A stretch of DNA of 64,000 bases from positions 1,757 through 65,756 of the forward strand of contig JBEKKN010000008.1 in assembly GCA_050010675.1 (NCBI GenBank), given 5' to 3'. The translations under genes and the position numbers were made by a program. The notes below the pieces were generated by a model that was not told where the DNA came from, did no database searches, and saw only the letters and a list, made by a program, of their open reading frames with translations. This document shows positions 38,394-47,648 of this stretch, piece after piece (the first letter of the stretch is position 1; each line of letters starts with the position of its first letter). Source of the stretch: Verrucomicrobiota bacterium. GTDB lineage: Bacteria; Verrucomicrobiota; Verrucomicrobiia; Limisphaerales; UBA11358.

Positions 38394-39146
38394 ATGAAAT
38401 TTCAATCTTTCATTCTGGCCTCAGCCATCCTCGGCTTCAGCCTTGTCCCCGTTCACGCCCAGTTTGGTCCGCGCTTCACCGGTGCCATCACCAAGCTGTT
38501 CGGCGACCACCAGGACTTTTCCGCAACGGTGATTCTGGAGACCAAGGACCCCTCGAACGGGAGCATCATAACCATGCCAAGCCGACTCGCCTTCGACACC
38601 GGCCGATCCCGTTTTGAAGTGGACCTGAATCAGACCCAAGGCGGCCAAATGCGACCGGCCGCCCTCGCCCAGATGAAATCCCTGGGCATCGACCGCATGG
38701 TGGTGATTGCCCGGCCGGACAGAAATGTTGCCTACCTCATCTATCCCGGCGCGCAGGCTTACGCGCAGAATCAACTGCCGGTGGCAAAATCGACAAACCA
38801 GCCGGTTGATTTCAAGGTTAAAACCACCGGACTGGGCCGGGACACCGTGGACGGCCATCCCTGCGTGGAAAACGGGGTTATGGTGACCGACCAGGAGGGA
38901 ACGGCGCGGGAATTCACCGTTTGGAAAGCGACGGATTTAAAACAATTTCCCGTCAAAATCGTGGAAACTGAAGAAGGTCGTCAAGTGACCATGTTGTTCA
39001 AAAACATCAGTCTTTCCAGGCCGGATGCCGCGCTGTTCGAGCCTCCGTCCAATTATTCAGCCTACCGCGAAGTGTCGGTCATGATGGAAGCCATCGTTGT
39101 GAAGCACTCGGGCGGCGGGGCGGGACACTCGCCACTCAGCCAGTGA
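38394..39146 (+). CDS. secreted hypothetical protein
   Basis: Signal peptide MKFQSFILASAILGFSLVPVHAQ. No motif recognised. Confidence 0.55.
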   Translation: MKFQSFILASAILGFSLVPVHAQFGPRFTGAITKLFGDHQDFSATVILETKDPSNGSIITMPSRLAFDTGRSRFEVDLNQTQGGQMRPAALAQMKSLGIDRMVVIARPDRNVAYLIYPGAQAYAQNQLPVAKSTNQPVDFKVKTTGLGRDTVDGHPCVENGVMVTDQEGTAREFTVWKATDLKQFPVKIVETEEGRQVTMLFKNISLSRPDAALFEPPSNYSAYREVSVMMEAIVVKHSGGGAGHSPLSQ

Positions 39147-39184
39147 CTCATCGAACCGGAGCATTCCAACGCGGGGCAACGCAA

Positions 39185-39731
39185 TCAATGAAACTTGCTG
39201 CCCCGGTGTCCGTTCCGGCGTTCGATCCGCTTGGGATGTTCTTCCAGGTTTCGCAACAAATAAACATGCCGGGTTTCCTGGCCAAAGCCCGTTTGGCGCA
39301 GGAACGCCAGGGTGTCATCGTTGTCTTCGTCGGTGTCCACCAGCATGCATGATACGTGCTTCCCGGTCAATGAAGGGCTGCGTCAACTGGTTTAGTAATC
39401 GCCGGGCTACTCCGCATCGCTTGTAACGCAGCGCCACGCCCAGCCATTCCAGCCAGCCGTAACGCCAGGCGCTACGCGGCTTCTCCATCATGCAGCCCAG
39501 TGCAAATCCGACAATCTTGCCGTCGTCCTCCGTCGCCAGACAGGTTTCTTCGTCTGACCGGAACAATTCCAAAATCTCATGTTTGTCCCAACTGCGATAC
39601 AGTGCCGGCAGGTCTTCCGCCGTGAAAAACCTTTGTCCCAATCGAAACACCGCGGTCAAATCCTTTAACTGCACCCGCCTCAATTCAATATTGCCATTGG
39701 GGACTTTGTTCAGCCTGCGTTTCAGTTTCAT
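39185..39731 (-). pseudogene. GNAT-family N-acetyltransferase interrupted by a frameshift near 39355-39365
   Basis: ORF 39315..39731 carries ...IVGFALG...WLGVALRYKRCGVARRLLNQL (acetyl-CoA motif A). The expected C-terminus (GKHVSCMLVDTDEDNDDTLAFLRQTGF) continues in another frame (ORF 39185..39370). The switch is at a CCGGG run. Confidence 0.7.
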
Positions 39732-39911
39732 ACCGGCTGAATTTTAGAACGGCGGATTATCCGGCAACAGGAAAAAAGAGAAACCAAGGCCTAAGTGACC
39801 GATAATCAGAAAAAAACTACGCATGACTGCCAATGGCAGATTTTGGCCAAAATTGGTGGTATCCGCGTTAAAACCGCAAAAAGACAATCAAACTGAGCAT
39901 GCTTTTGGTGC

Positions 39912-42702
39912 TTAACCCAACAACGTTTTCACTTGTGCCAGGGCTTCATCCAGCTTGCTGGCATCCTTGCCGCCGCCGCGGGCATTGTCCGGCTTGCCCC
40001 CGCCCTTGCCGCCGACAATCGGCGCAATCTGCTGGATGATTTTGCCCGCCTGAAACTTCCAGGCGAAATCGGGCGTGACCGCGGCAACGAGCGCCACGCT
40101 CCCGGCCTCCGAACCGCCGCCCAAAACAATGACTCCCTTGAAACTTTGCTTCAGTGCATCGGCCACCGATTGGAGAAAATCGCCATCCACCGCGCCCAAA
40201 TTGTGAATGATGACCGGTATGTCGTTTATTGTTTGAACTTCTTCCAGTAACAGGCTGGCGGCATTGGAAGCTTCGCGTTGCTGCGCCGACTTGAGCTGTT
40301 TCTCCACCGCTTTCTGGTGTTCGAGCAGCAACTCGATTTTCTTTTCCAGTTCGTGCACGGGTGAATTGACCTTGCCCGCCAGCAACTTGATCAGCTGCAC
40401 TTCGTCAGTGGCCTTGCGATAGGCTTCCAAACCGGCAACGGCTTCGATGCGCCGGACGCCGGCGGCAATCGCGCTTTCCCCCACGATGCGGAACAAACCA
40501 ATCTCGCCCGTCGCGCGCGTGTGCGTGCCGCCGCAAAGCTCCATCGAATAACCATTTAACTCCCCTGCTCCACCGCCGATCTGGACGACGCGGACGGTGT
40601 CGCCGTATTTGTCACCGAAGAATTGCATCACGTCCTTGCGCGATTTCACGCCGGCGTAGGGTACTTCCGTCCAGCTTACGCCGGAGTTTTCGAGGATGCG
40701 TTCATTCACCAGCTTTTCGATGTCGGCCACCTGTTGCGGCGTAAGCGCCGCACTGTTGAAATCAAAAGTTAATTTGTCCGGACCGACGAAGGAACCTTTC
40801 TGGGGGTTTATCGACGATCAGAAAGACCTCATCTCCTAAAGCAGCGACATTTTCCGAATCAACAAAATGAAGCCATGTGTTGCCCGATTTTTGCGTGTTG
40901 GTGATTCGGATTCGGCTTTCTGCACCAGCTGAAGCCGGAAAGATGATGTCTGAAACTGGAATGATTTCCCCGGTATCTCCAACCTGCCCACCCATTTCTG
41001 CGTAGCAGGCACTTTCATCCAAAATAACCGCGGTCTTGTCCTTGAGCGACACGACTTCGAGCACCCTGGCCGGCGTCTCCAGCTTGTCGAAACCAATGAA
41101 CTTCGTGGGCGTGGTGGTCTCGATTTGCGAAAGGGAAATGATTTCCTTCTTCTGCGCCGCCCGGGCGCGGGTACGCTGCTCTTCCATCAACTTTTCAAAG
41201 CCAGCCGTGTCAACGGTTAAACCGCGTTCACGTGCCATTAACTCGGTCAGGTCGAGCGGGAAACCATAGGTATCGTAGAGTTTGAAAGCAAATTCACCCT
41301 TAAGAACTTTCCCACGTTCCATTTTAATGAGGGATTCCATCTCGCCAAATACGATGATTCCAAGATCCAACGTCTTGTTAAACGCCTCTTCCTCTCGTTG
41401 GATGACTTCCTGCACTTGCTTTTTCCGGGCGCGGATTTCAGGAAAGACGTCACCCATCGAACTGGCGAGTACGTCCACGAGCTTGTAGAAAAAGGGTTCC
41501 TTGAAACCGAGTGTGCGACCGTAGCGCACGGCCCGGCGCAGGATGCGGCGCAGCACATAACCGCGTCCTTCGTTCGAAGGCTGGATTCCGTCGGCAATCG
41601 CAAAACTCAACGTACGGATATGATCGGCAATCACGCGGAAGGCGATGTCGAGCTGGATTTGTTCCGCGCCCGGCGTGACGACGGGAAAATCATCTTCGTC
41701 ATCGCACGGCGAACTGGAATGCGCACCGAGCTCTTCGGCTTCGACTTCAATGATATTTCCCCGCGCCTCGCCGGAGGATTTTAACGGCTCGCCGGATTCG
41801 ACATTGGCGATGGCATCGCCGGGCAACGTGCTGCCGTATTTCTTTCCGCTCAATTTTTCCAGCGTGTCAAAAATCGGGCGGAAAATGTCGGTTTCGTAGT
41901 TGGAGATCTTGGCGTGGGCAAAATTCTTAAAACCCTTTGTGCCCTGGATGATGCTGGTGACGCGCTCGAAACCCATCCCGGTATCCACATGCCGGGCCGG
42001 CAGCGGGCTGAAACTGCCGTCGGGATTCGCGTTGAACTGGATGAAAACCAGGTTCCAGATTTCGATGCAGCGGGCGTCGCCTTTGTTCACCAGGCTGCCC
42101 TGGGTGTCGCCGGCGGGCGTGAGATCCACGTGCAATTCGGAGCACGGGCCGCATGGGCCGGTTTCGCCCATCATCCAGAAATTGTCTCTTTTGCCGCCAT
42201 GAACAATGTGGACGGCGGGGTCGAGTCCGGCGGTGCGGAATTTTTCCGCCCAACAATTCCATGCCTCCTCGTCGCGCTCGGAAGGATCGCCCTGGGATTT
42301 GTCCGGGTTGTAAATCGTGGCGTAAAGGCGCTCCTTGGGAAACTTCCATTTCTCCACCACCAGTTCCCACGCCCATTCGATGGCTTCCTTTTTGAAATAA
42401 TCGCCGAAGCTCCAGTTGCCGAGCATCTCGAAAAACGTGTGGTGATAGGTGTCGAGGCCGACGTCCTCGAGGTCATTATGTTTGCCACCGGCGCGAATGC
42501 ATTTCTGGGTATCGGCCGCCCGGCCCGGCTGGTAGGGGCATTTGACCTGGCCGAGGAAAATGGGCACGAACTGGTTCATGCCGGCGTTCGTGAACAGGAG
42601 GTTCGGCGAATCGGGCAGGAGACTGGACGACGGCACCAGGGTGTGCTGCTTCGACTTGAAAAAGTCGAGGAACGACTGCCGGATTTGTGACGAGGTCATC
42701 AT
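39912..42702 (-). pseudogene. alaS: alanine--tRNA ligase, disrupted (internal deletion plus frameshift at about 40800-40810)
   Basis: N-part ORF 40762..42702 (class II motifs, FTNAGMNQF...) ends ...FLIVDKPPERF*. The C-part frame resumes ...QKGSFVGPDKLTFDFNSAALTPQQVADIEKL... (ORF 39912..40730, with ELCGGTH). About 28 aa including the editing-domain HxxxH block are absent in all frames. Confidence 0.8.
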
Positions 42703-42725
42703 TTAAATAAACCATCAGAGGCAGG

Positions 42726-42766
42726 GTCATCGCGCGGCGATGACCGGACGGCGCGGCCCGCCGTCC
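42726..42766. repeat. two adjacent perfect 8-bp GC-rich hairpins 25-65 nt upstream of the alaS start
   Basis: GTCATCGC-gcg-GCGATGAC (42726-44) and GGACGGCG-cggcc-CGCCGTCC (42746-66). Confidence 0.7.
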
Positions 42767-43181
42767 CTACCAGACTGATGCGGCGAGTCTAAATCAATCC
42801 ACCGCTTTTAGGCGAGTTGGAAGTTTGACCGGCATTTTGCCAGCAAACGGACGGGATGGCGTAACCAAATATTTACAAAATATTTCTTGAGAAAACCGCC
42901 GGAGCGGGCGATGTTGTCATCGTCAGAAAGCAAACTTGATCTTTGATCGAAAACCCGATTTACCCTGCCCTGTTCGTGATTAGCAGCAAATCCTTGAACC
43001 GTAATTAAACGATCAATGGGGCCCGCTTGTGACTGCGGCCGACACGCCTTCACTGGAAGTCGAAAGCAACCCGGCGGCTCCGCATGTTGTAAAACATGTT
43101 CAAAGGATCATGTCGCGCACGGCAATGGCGGGGTTTTTTATTTTCGATCTGCCTGTTGATTTTCGGTCCTGGTTCCGGCAA

Positions 43182-43210
43182 TTGCGGTCAGTCGGCAAAC
43201 GGATTACTCT
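43182..43210 (+). promoter_or_regulatory. candidate promoter TTGCGG-N17-TACTCT, 6 nt upstream of ATG 43217
   Basis: Read directly. It predicts a leaderless rarA mRNA. Confidence 0.4.
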
Positions 43211-43216
43211 TTCCCC

Positions 43217-44590
43217 ATGCCGCGCGATGATTTGTTTTCCGCCCCGGTGGACCGCCAGCCGGAACCAAAATCCCCGCCGGCGCCCGCAACCCTTTCCCGG
43301 AACCAGCCGCTCGCCGCGCGGATGCGTCCGCGCCACCTTGACGAATTCGCCGGCCAAACCCACATCCTTGCCCCCGGCCAGTTGCTGCGCCGGGCCATCG
43401 AGGCCGACCGGATTCAATCATTGATTTTTTTTGGGCCGCCCGGCACCGGCAAGACGTCGCTCGCCCAAATCATTGCGCACCAGACCAAAAGTAAATTCGA
43501 CCGCCTGAGCGGCGTGGAATCCAATGTGGCCGACATGCGCCGGGTTTTGGCCGCCGCGGCCAATCGCCTGGAAAACACCGGCCAGCCGACCATCCTGTTC
43601 ATTGACGAAATCCACCGCTTCAACAAGGCGCAACAGGATGTCCTGTTGCCGGACGTGGAAAGCGGCGTGGTGCGGCTCATCGGCGCGACAACGCATAATC
43701 CCTTTTTCTTCGTCAACTCGCCCCTGGTCTCGCGCTCGCAAATTTTTGAACTGCGCCCCTTGACCGAGCAGGACTTGTTTTCCCTGCTGCAGCGCGCCCT
43801 GGCCGACCCCGAACGCGGCCTGGGCTACCTGAAAATCCAGGCCGATGAAAACGCGCTGCGGCATCTGGCCAAAATGGCCGACGGCGACGCGCGCAAGGCG
43901 TTGAACGCACTGGAGATCGCCGCGCTCACGACCGCGTCGGATGAGAAGGGCGTGGTTCAGATCAACCTCGCCGCCGCCGAGCAAAGCATCCAGAAAAAGG
44001 CCGTGGTGTACGACGACGAAGACGCGCATTACGACACGATCTCCGCGTTCATCAAATCCATGCGCGGCAGCAATCCCGACGCCGCGTTGTACTGGCTGGC
44101 CAAGATGATTCATGCCGGTGAGGACCCGCGCTTCATTGCACGACGGATTGTGATCTGCGCCGCGGAAGATGTCGGCCTCGCTGATCCAATGGCGTTGGTG
44201 CTGGCCAACGCGGCGTTGTCGGCGTCGGAATTTGTCGGCTGGCCGGAGGCGCGCATCCCGCTGGCGGAGGCGACGATCTACATCGCCACCGCCAACAAAA
44301 GCAACAGCGCCTATCTGGCGATTGACGCCGCGCTGAAGGACGTGAAATCGGGCCGCACGCTGCCGGTGCCGGAGCATTTGCGCGACGCCAATTATAAAGG
44401 CGCGGAACGGCTGGGCCATGGCCAGGGCTACGAATATGCGCACGACCATCCGGACCATTTCGTGGCCCAGGATTATCTTGGGTCGGACGCGATTTATTAC
44501 CAGCCGACCGAACAGGGTGTGGAAAAGAAAATCAAGGAGCGCGTTGAAAAATGGCGTGCGCAATTCGCCAAATCAAAAAAACCAAAGTAA
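43217..44590 (+). CDS. rarA: replication-associated recombination protein A (AAA+ ATPase)
   Basis: PLAARMRP..LDEF.GQ.H....G..L........SLIFFGPPGTGKTSLA...LFIDEIHRFNK.QQD.LLP..E.G...LIGATT.NP; C-terminal MgsA domain. Confidence 0.95.
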   Translation: MPRDDLFSAPVDRQPEPKSPPAPATLSRNQPLAARMRPRHLDEFAGQTHILAPGQLLRRAIEADRIQSLIFFGPPGTGKTSLAQIIAHQTKSKFDRLSGVESNVADMRRVLAAAANRLENTGQPTILFIDEIHRFNKAQQDVLLPDVESGVVRLIGATTHNPFFFVNSPLVSRSQIFELRPLTEQDLFSLLQRALADPERGLGYLKIQADENALRHLAKMADGDARKALNALEIAALTTASDEKGVVQINLAAAEQSIQKKAVVYDDEDAHYDTISAFIKSMRGSNPDAALYWLAKMIHAGEDPRFIARRIVICAAEDVGLADPMALVLANAALSASEFVGWPEARIPLAEATIYIATANKSNSAYLAIDAALKDVKSGRTLPVPEHLRDANYKGAERLGHGQGYEYAHDHPDHFVAQDYLGSDAIYYQPTEQGVEKKIKERVEKWRAQFAKSKKPK

Positions 44591-44592
44591 AC

Positions 44593-44619
44593 CACGGATG
44601 GACACGGATAAACACGGAT
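44593..44619. repeat. three 10-nt-phased CACGGAT units (solo arm)
   Basis: CACGGAT at 44593, 44603 and 44613. The same unit builds the inverted repeats around the GxxExxY ORF at 51031-51468. It overlaps the first codons (MDTDKHGS) of the next gene. Confidence 0.75.
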
Positions 44620-45185
44620 CGGACCAAAAGAAAACAAAGCTGCGCTCTGATATCCGGAGGGTTCTGAAAAAATTATCGCCGGAACACCGGGCGGTGGATT
44701 CGTTGAAAATCCGCGCTTTACTATCGCAGCAACCCTTTTGGAAGGACGCTGCCGCGGTCCTGTTTTTCGCACCCTTGCCGGACGAAGTGGATGTCTGGCC
44801 GTTGCTGGCAGAGGCGCTGGCCGCCGGAAAAACTGCCGCTCTGCCCCGGTTTGATTCTGAAAACAACGATTACCTTGCCTGCCACGTGCAGAATCCGCAA
44901 ACCGAAGTTGGGCCCGGGCAATTCGGCATTCGCGAGCCAAAGAACGGTTGTCCTGAAATTCCACTGGAACGCCTGGGGTTGATCCTCGTACCCGGCGTTG
45001 CGTTTGACCTGCGCGGAGGCCGGCTGGGCCGGGGCCGGGGGTTTTACGATCGCTTGCTGGCCGGATTCCACGGGATCAAATGCGGTGTTGCCTGGGGCGA
45101 ACAAATGGTGGAGGAAGTGCCGACGGGAACACTCGATGTCCGCATGGATTTTGTTCTGACACCAACCCAATGTGTAGAAGTTTGA
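44598..45185 (+). CDS. 5-formyltetrahydrofolate cyclo-ligase
   Basis: KLRSDIRRVLKKLSPE...VLFFAPLPDEVD...PRF......Y......G.FGI.EP...LILVPGVAFDLRGGRLGRGRGFYDR. Start ATG 44598 (M61 of the track ORF). Confidence 0.85.
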   Translation: MDTDKHGSDQKKTKLRSDIRRVLKKLSPEHRAVDSLKIRALLSQQPFWKDAAAVLFFAPLPDEVDVWPLLAEALAAGKTAALPRFDSENNDYLACHVQNPQTEVGPGQFGIREPKNGCPEIPLERLGLILVPGVAFDLRGGRLGRGRGFYDRLLAGFHGIKCGVAWGEQMVEEVPTGTLDVRMDFVLTPTQCVEV

Positions 45186-45210
45186 CGCGGTGAGATGATT
45201 TCCCGCCACC

Positions 45211-45231
45211 GATCACTCGTCACTTGTCACA
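45211..45231. repeat. short heptamer array (GATCACT CGTCACT TGTCACA), same unit family as 16961-16988
   Basis: Read directly in the spacer after the 5-FCL stop. Confidence 0.55.
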
Positions 45232-45384
45232 TTATTGGTGCTGCTGATTGAGCATCGGCGAGTTGCCTTCCCAGCTTTGCGGAGAGTTCCAGGGACGAAC
45301 CGACGCATTGTCAGGTTCATTCGTTTCGCAACCAGTAACACCCAAAAGCAGGAAACCCAACAGAAGCAGTAAAAGCCATTTCAT
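45232..45384 (-). CDS. small lipoprotein (50 aa)
   Basis: MKWLLLLLLGFLLLGVTGC (lipobox LGVTGC). Starts 17 nt after the stop of the upstream coiled-coil gene. Confidence 0.5.
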   Translation of the reverse strand: MKWLLLLLLGFLLLGVTGCETNEPDNASVRPWNSPQSWEGNSPMLNQQHQ

Positions 45385-45400
45385 GGCTGGACCTCCCATT

Positions 45401-46168
45401 TCAAGAGGCGGGATGCGCCGGGGTGACCTCATCCCCTTCGATGACGTCTCCGAGCTGCCAACCCGGAACGATGTTGGCGATGCTGCGGTCCTTTTGAACA
45501 CTGCGAACAATGACCTTGGCCACGAGCTTGCCATCACGGCTCACGAGCATTTCCCCGTCATTCAACACGCCCTGGTCGCCACCTATGTTCAGCACCACAA
45601 AATTCCATTTGGGATCCACGGCGATGATCTGGCCTTTCAAGTCGGCGCGCAACGTGACGACATAATTGGTTCCGATCAATTCAGCCAGTTGGGTGCTCAA
45701 GCGATTGACCGTGCGTTGCAAAACCCCATTCTCCTCCTGGACGGCCGCCAGTTCGTTTTGGGTGAATTTAAGCGTCTTGTTCAAACTGCCCACCTGGTCC
45801 GGGTTCAGGCCGGTGGCTTTGAAGGCCGCCAGTTGATTCTGCGCGTCATCCCGTTCCTGACTGGTTTTGGCCAGTTTATCCGCCAGATCATCCGCGCGTT
45901 TTTGCTGGGTCGTGGCGGTGAGCACCGCGTTGGTGAGCTGCGTTTGGGTGTCGGCCAGTTGCTGCTGGGTCTGGCTTAAATCATCCTTGGTTTTGGCCAG
46001 CTCCTGCCGGGTGCTGGCCAGTTCGGTCCGGGCCTGGTCCCGTTCGGTGTGGAAGCCGTCGCGTTCGGTGATCAAGCCGTCAATCTTGTCCCTAATTTCA
46101 AAAACGTTCAGTGCGCCCGCGGCCAGGGCCGCGACAATCGCTACAATCAAGCTGATGCGAATCAACAT
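45401..46168 (-). CDS. membrane-anchored coiled-coil protein, function unknown
   Basis: N-terminal TM MLIRISLIVAIVAALAAGAL, a heptad-rich Q/E/L/T region of about 150 aa, and a C-terminal beta-rich domain. Confidence 0.6.
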   Translation of the reverse strand: MLIRISLIVAIVAALAAGALNVFEIRDKIDGLITERDGFHTERDQARTELASTRQELAKTKDDLSQTQQQLADTQTQLTNAVLTATTQQKRADDLADKLAKTSQERDDAQNQLAAFKATGLNPDQVGSLNKTLKFTQNELAAVQEENGVLQRTVNRLSTQLAELIGTNYVVTLRADLKGQIIAVDPKWNFVVLNIGGDQGVLNDGEMLVSRDGKLVAKVIVRSVQKDRSIANIVPGWQLGDVIEGDEVTPAHPAS

Positions 46169-46399
46169 GGATGGGTCACTTCAATTTTGCCAAAACTATA
46201 CGTTTGCGCCCGGAATGTCAACGCCGGTTTACATCTTGCCAAACATTGATTTCGTACCATCTTTAAGCATGGATCGGAAGCGGCCCTGGCGGTTGTCCGT
46301 CCCTCCGGATGCCGCACGCACCGGCGGTTGCTCCCAGCCGGGCAACGGGTTGCGGGAACCGGGACCGAAGCAAATCCGAACACCTGACCACGACCGGTT

Positions 46400-47626
46400 A
46401 TGCGATTAAATCACGGCCTGCATCTCGCCTACTGCACCAACATTCACCGCGGCGAGACGTGGCGCGAGACGTTTGCGTCGTTGGAAACCTACGCGCTCGC
46501 GGTGCGCGAACGGGTTTGCCCGAAACGGCCGTTTGCCATCGGCCTGCGCCTGAGCTACCGCGCCGCGCACGAATTGAGCGACCCCGGCACGCTGCTGGCG
46601 TTTCAACGCTGGCTCGTGCAAAAGGATTGTTACGTTTTTACAATCAATGGTTTTCCGTATGGCCAGTTTCACGGCACGCGGGTGAAGGAGCAGGTTTACC
46701 TGCCGGACTGGACCTCGCCGGAGCGGCTGGCCTATACCAACCTGCTGTTCGACCTGCTGGCCAAATTGCTGCCCGTCGGCGTCGAAGGCAGCGTCAGCAC
46801 CCTGCCCGGTTCCTTCAAAGGATTCCGGCTCAACGCCGATGCGCTGAAGGCAATCCGCCAGAACCTCTGGTATGGCATCGAGCACATCGCGCATCTGGCC
46901 GAACAGACGGGCCGTAAATTGCACCTCGGTCTGGAACCCGAGCCGCTGTGCCTGTTGGAAAGCAGTGCCGAAACCATCCATTTTTTTGACCGGTTGCGTA
47001 CCGAACATCCGCGGGATCCCCGTCTGGCCGAACATCTCGGCGTGAATTATGACACCTGTCACTTCGCCGTGAATTTTGAGGACCCCAAAAATGCCCTGGC
47101 CTGCCTGCATCATCACGGCATCAAAATCAGTAAAATCCACCTGAGCTCCGCGCTCAAAGTGCGGCCCACGGCGGCAGCCCGCCAGGCGCTCGCCACCTTT
47201 GCCGAGGACGTTTACCTCCATCAAGTCGTGGTCCGCGATCCGGCGGGGAACCGGAAAATCTATTACGACCTCCCCGACGCGCTGGCCGACCCGGAAGCCG
47301 GAGACCAGATGCCAGAGGCCGGAGGCCAGACCCCAGATGCCAGACCCGAGACGCCAGACGCCAGCCTGCCCGAATGGCGGATTCATTTTCATGTGCCGCT
47401 GCACGCGCCGGCCGTGCCGCCGCTCGACAACACCATCGACCACCTGCTCGGCGTGCTGGATTTACTGTCGGAAAATCCCCACCTCTGTTCCCATCTGGAA
47501 ATGGAGACCTACACCTGGGAAGTGCTGCCGCCGGAATTGAAAAGCCTCAGCGTGGTGGTACAACTCGCGGCGGAATACGCCTGGCTGCTCCCGCAACTGG
47601 CGGAACGCGGACTCGCCAACCGGTGA
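46400..47626 (+). CDS. eboE: xylose-isomerase-like TIM-barrel protein, EboE-like
   Basis: LHLAYCTNIHRGETW...PFAIGLRLS..AA.EL....L..F..WL......VFTINGFPYGQFHGTRVKEQVYLPDW...RL.YT..L...LA.LLP matches my memory of the EboE family. Contains a repeat-encoded insert (see 47291-47367). Confidence 0.6.
   Translation: MRLNHGLHLAYCTNIHRGETWRETFASLETYALAVRERVCPKRPFAIGLRLSYRAAHELSDPGTLLAFQRWLVQKDCYVFTINGFPYGQFHGTRVKEQVYLPDWTSPERLAYTNLLFDLLAKLLPVGVEGSVSTLPGSFKGFRLNADALKAIRQNLWYGIEHIAHLAEQTGRKLHLGLEPEPLCLLESSAETIHFFDRLRTEHPRDPRLAEHLGVNYDTCHFAVNFEDPKNALACLHHHGIKISKIHLSSALKVRPTAAARQALATFAEDVYLHQVVVRDPAGNRKIYYDLPDALADPEAGDQMPEAGGQTPDARPETPDASLPEWRIHFHVPLHAPAVPPLDNTIDHLLGVLDLLSENPHLCSHLEMETYTWEVLPPELKSLSVVVQLAAEYAWLLPQLAERGLANR
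47291..47367. repeat. tandem heptanucleotide array, about 11 units (CCRGANN), inside the eboE-like CDS
   Basis: CCGGAAG CCGGAGA CCAGATG CCAGAGG CCGGAGG CCAGACC CCAGATG CCAGACC CGAGACG CCAGACG CCAGCCT. Encodes PEAGDQMPEAGGQTPDARPETPDAS. Confidence 0.8.
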
Positions 47627-47648
47627 CTTTTCTGATTTGCTCCGCGCG

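Noticed and set aside
39143-39352. 69-aa + strand ORF.
   Set aside because: It is antisense to the C-terminal (frameshifted) part of the GNAT gene and has no motif.
42808-43053. 81-aa minus-strand ORF in the alaS-rarA divergent spacer.
   Set aside because: No motif and atypical composition. It lies where the two divergent promoters are expected, so it is probably non-coding.
47291-47367. Whether the tandem arrays (here and at 3423, 16912, 23272, 48542, 52377, 52786) could be CRISPR arrays.
   Set aside because: The units are 7 nt and directly abutting, with no spacers. There are no cas genes in the window.
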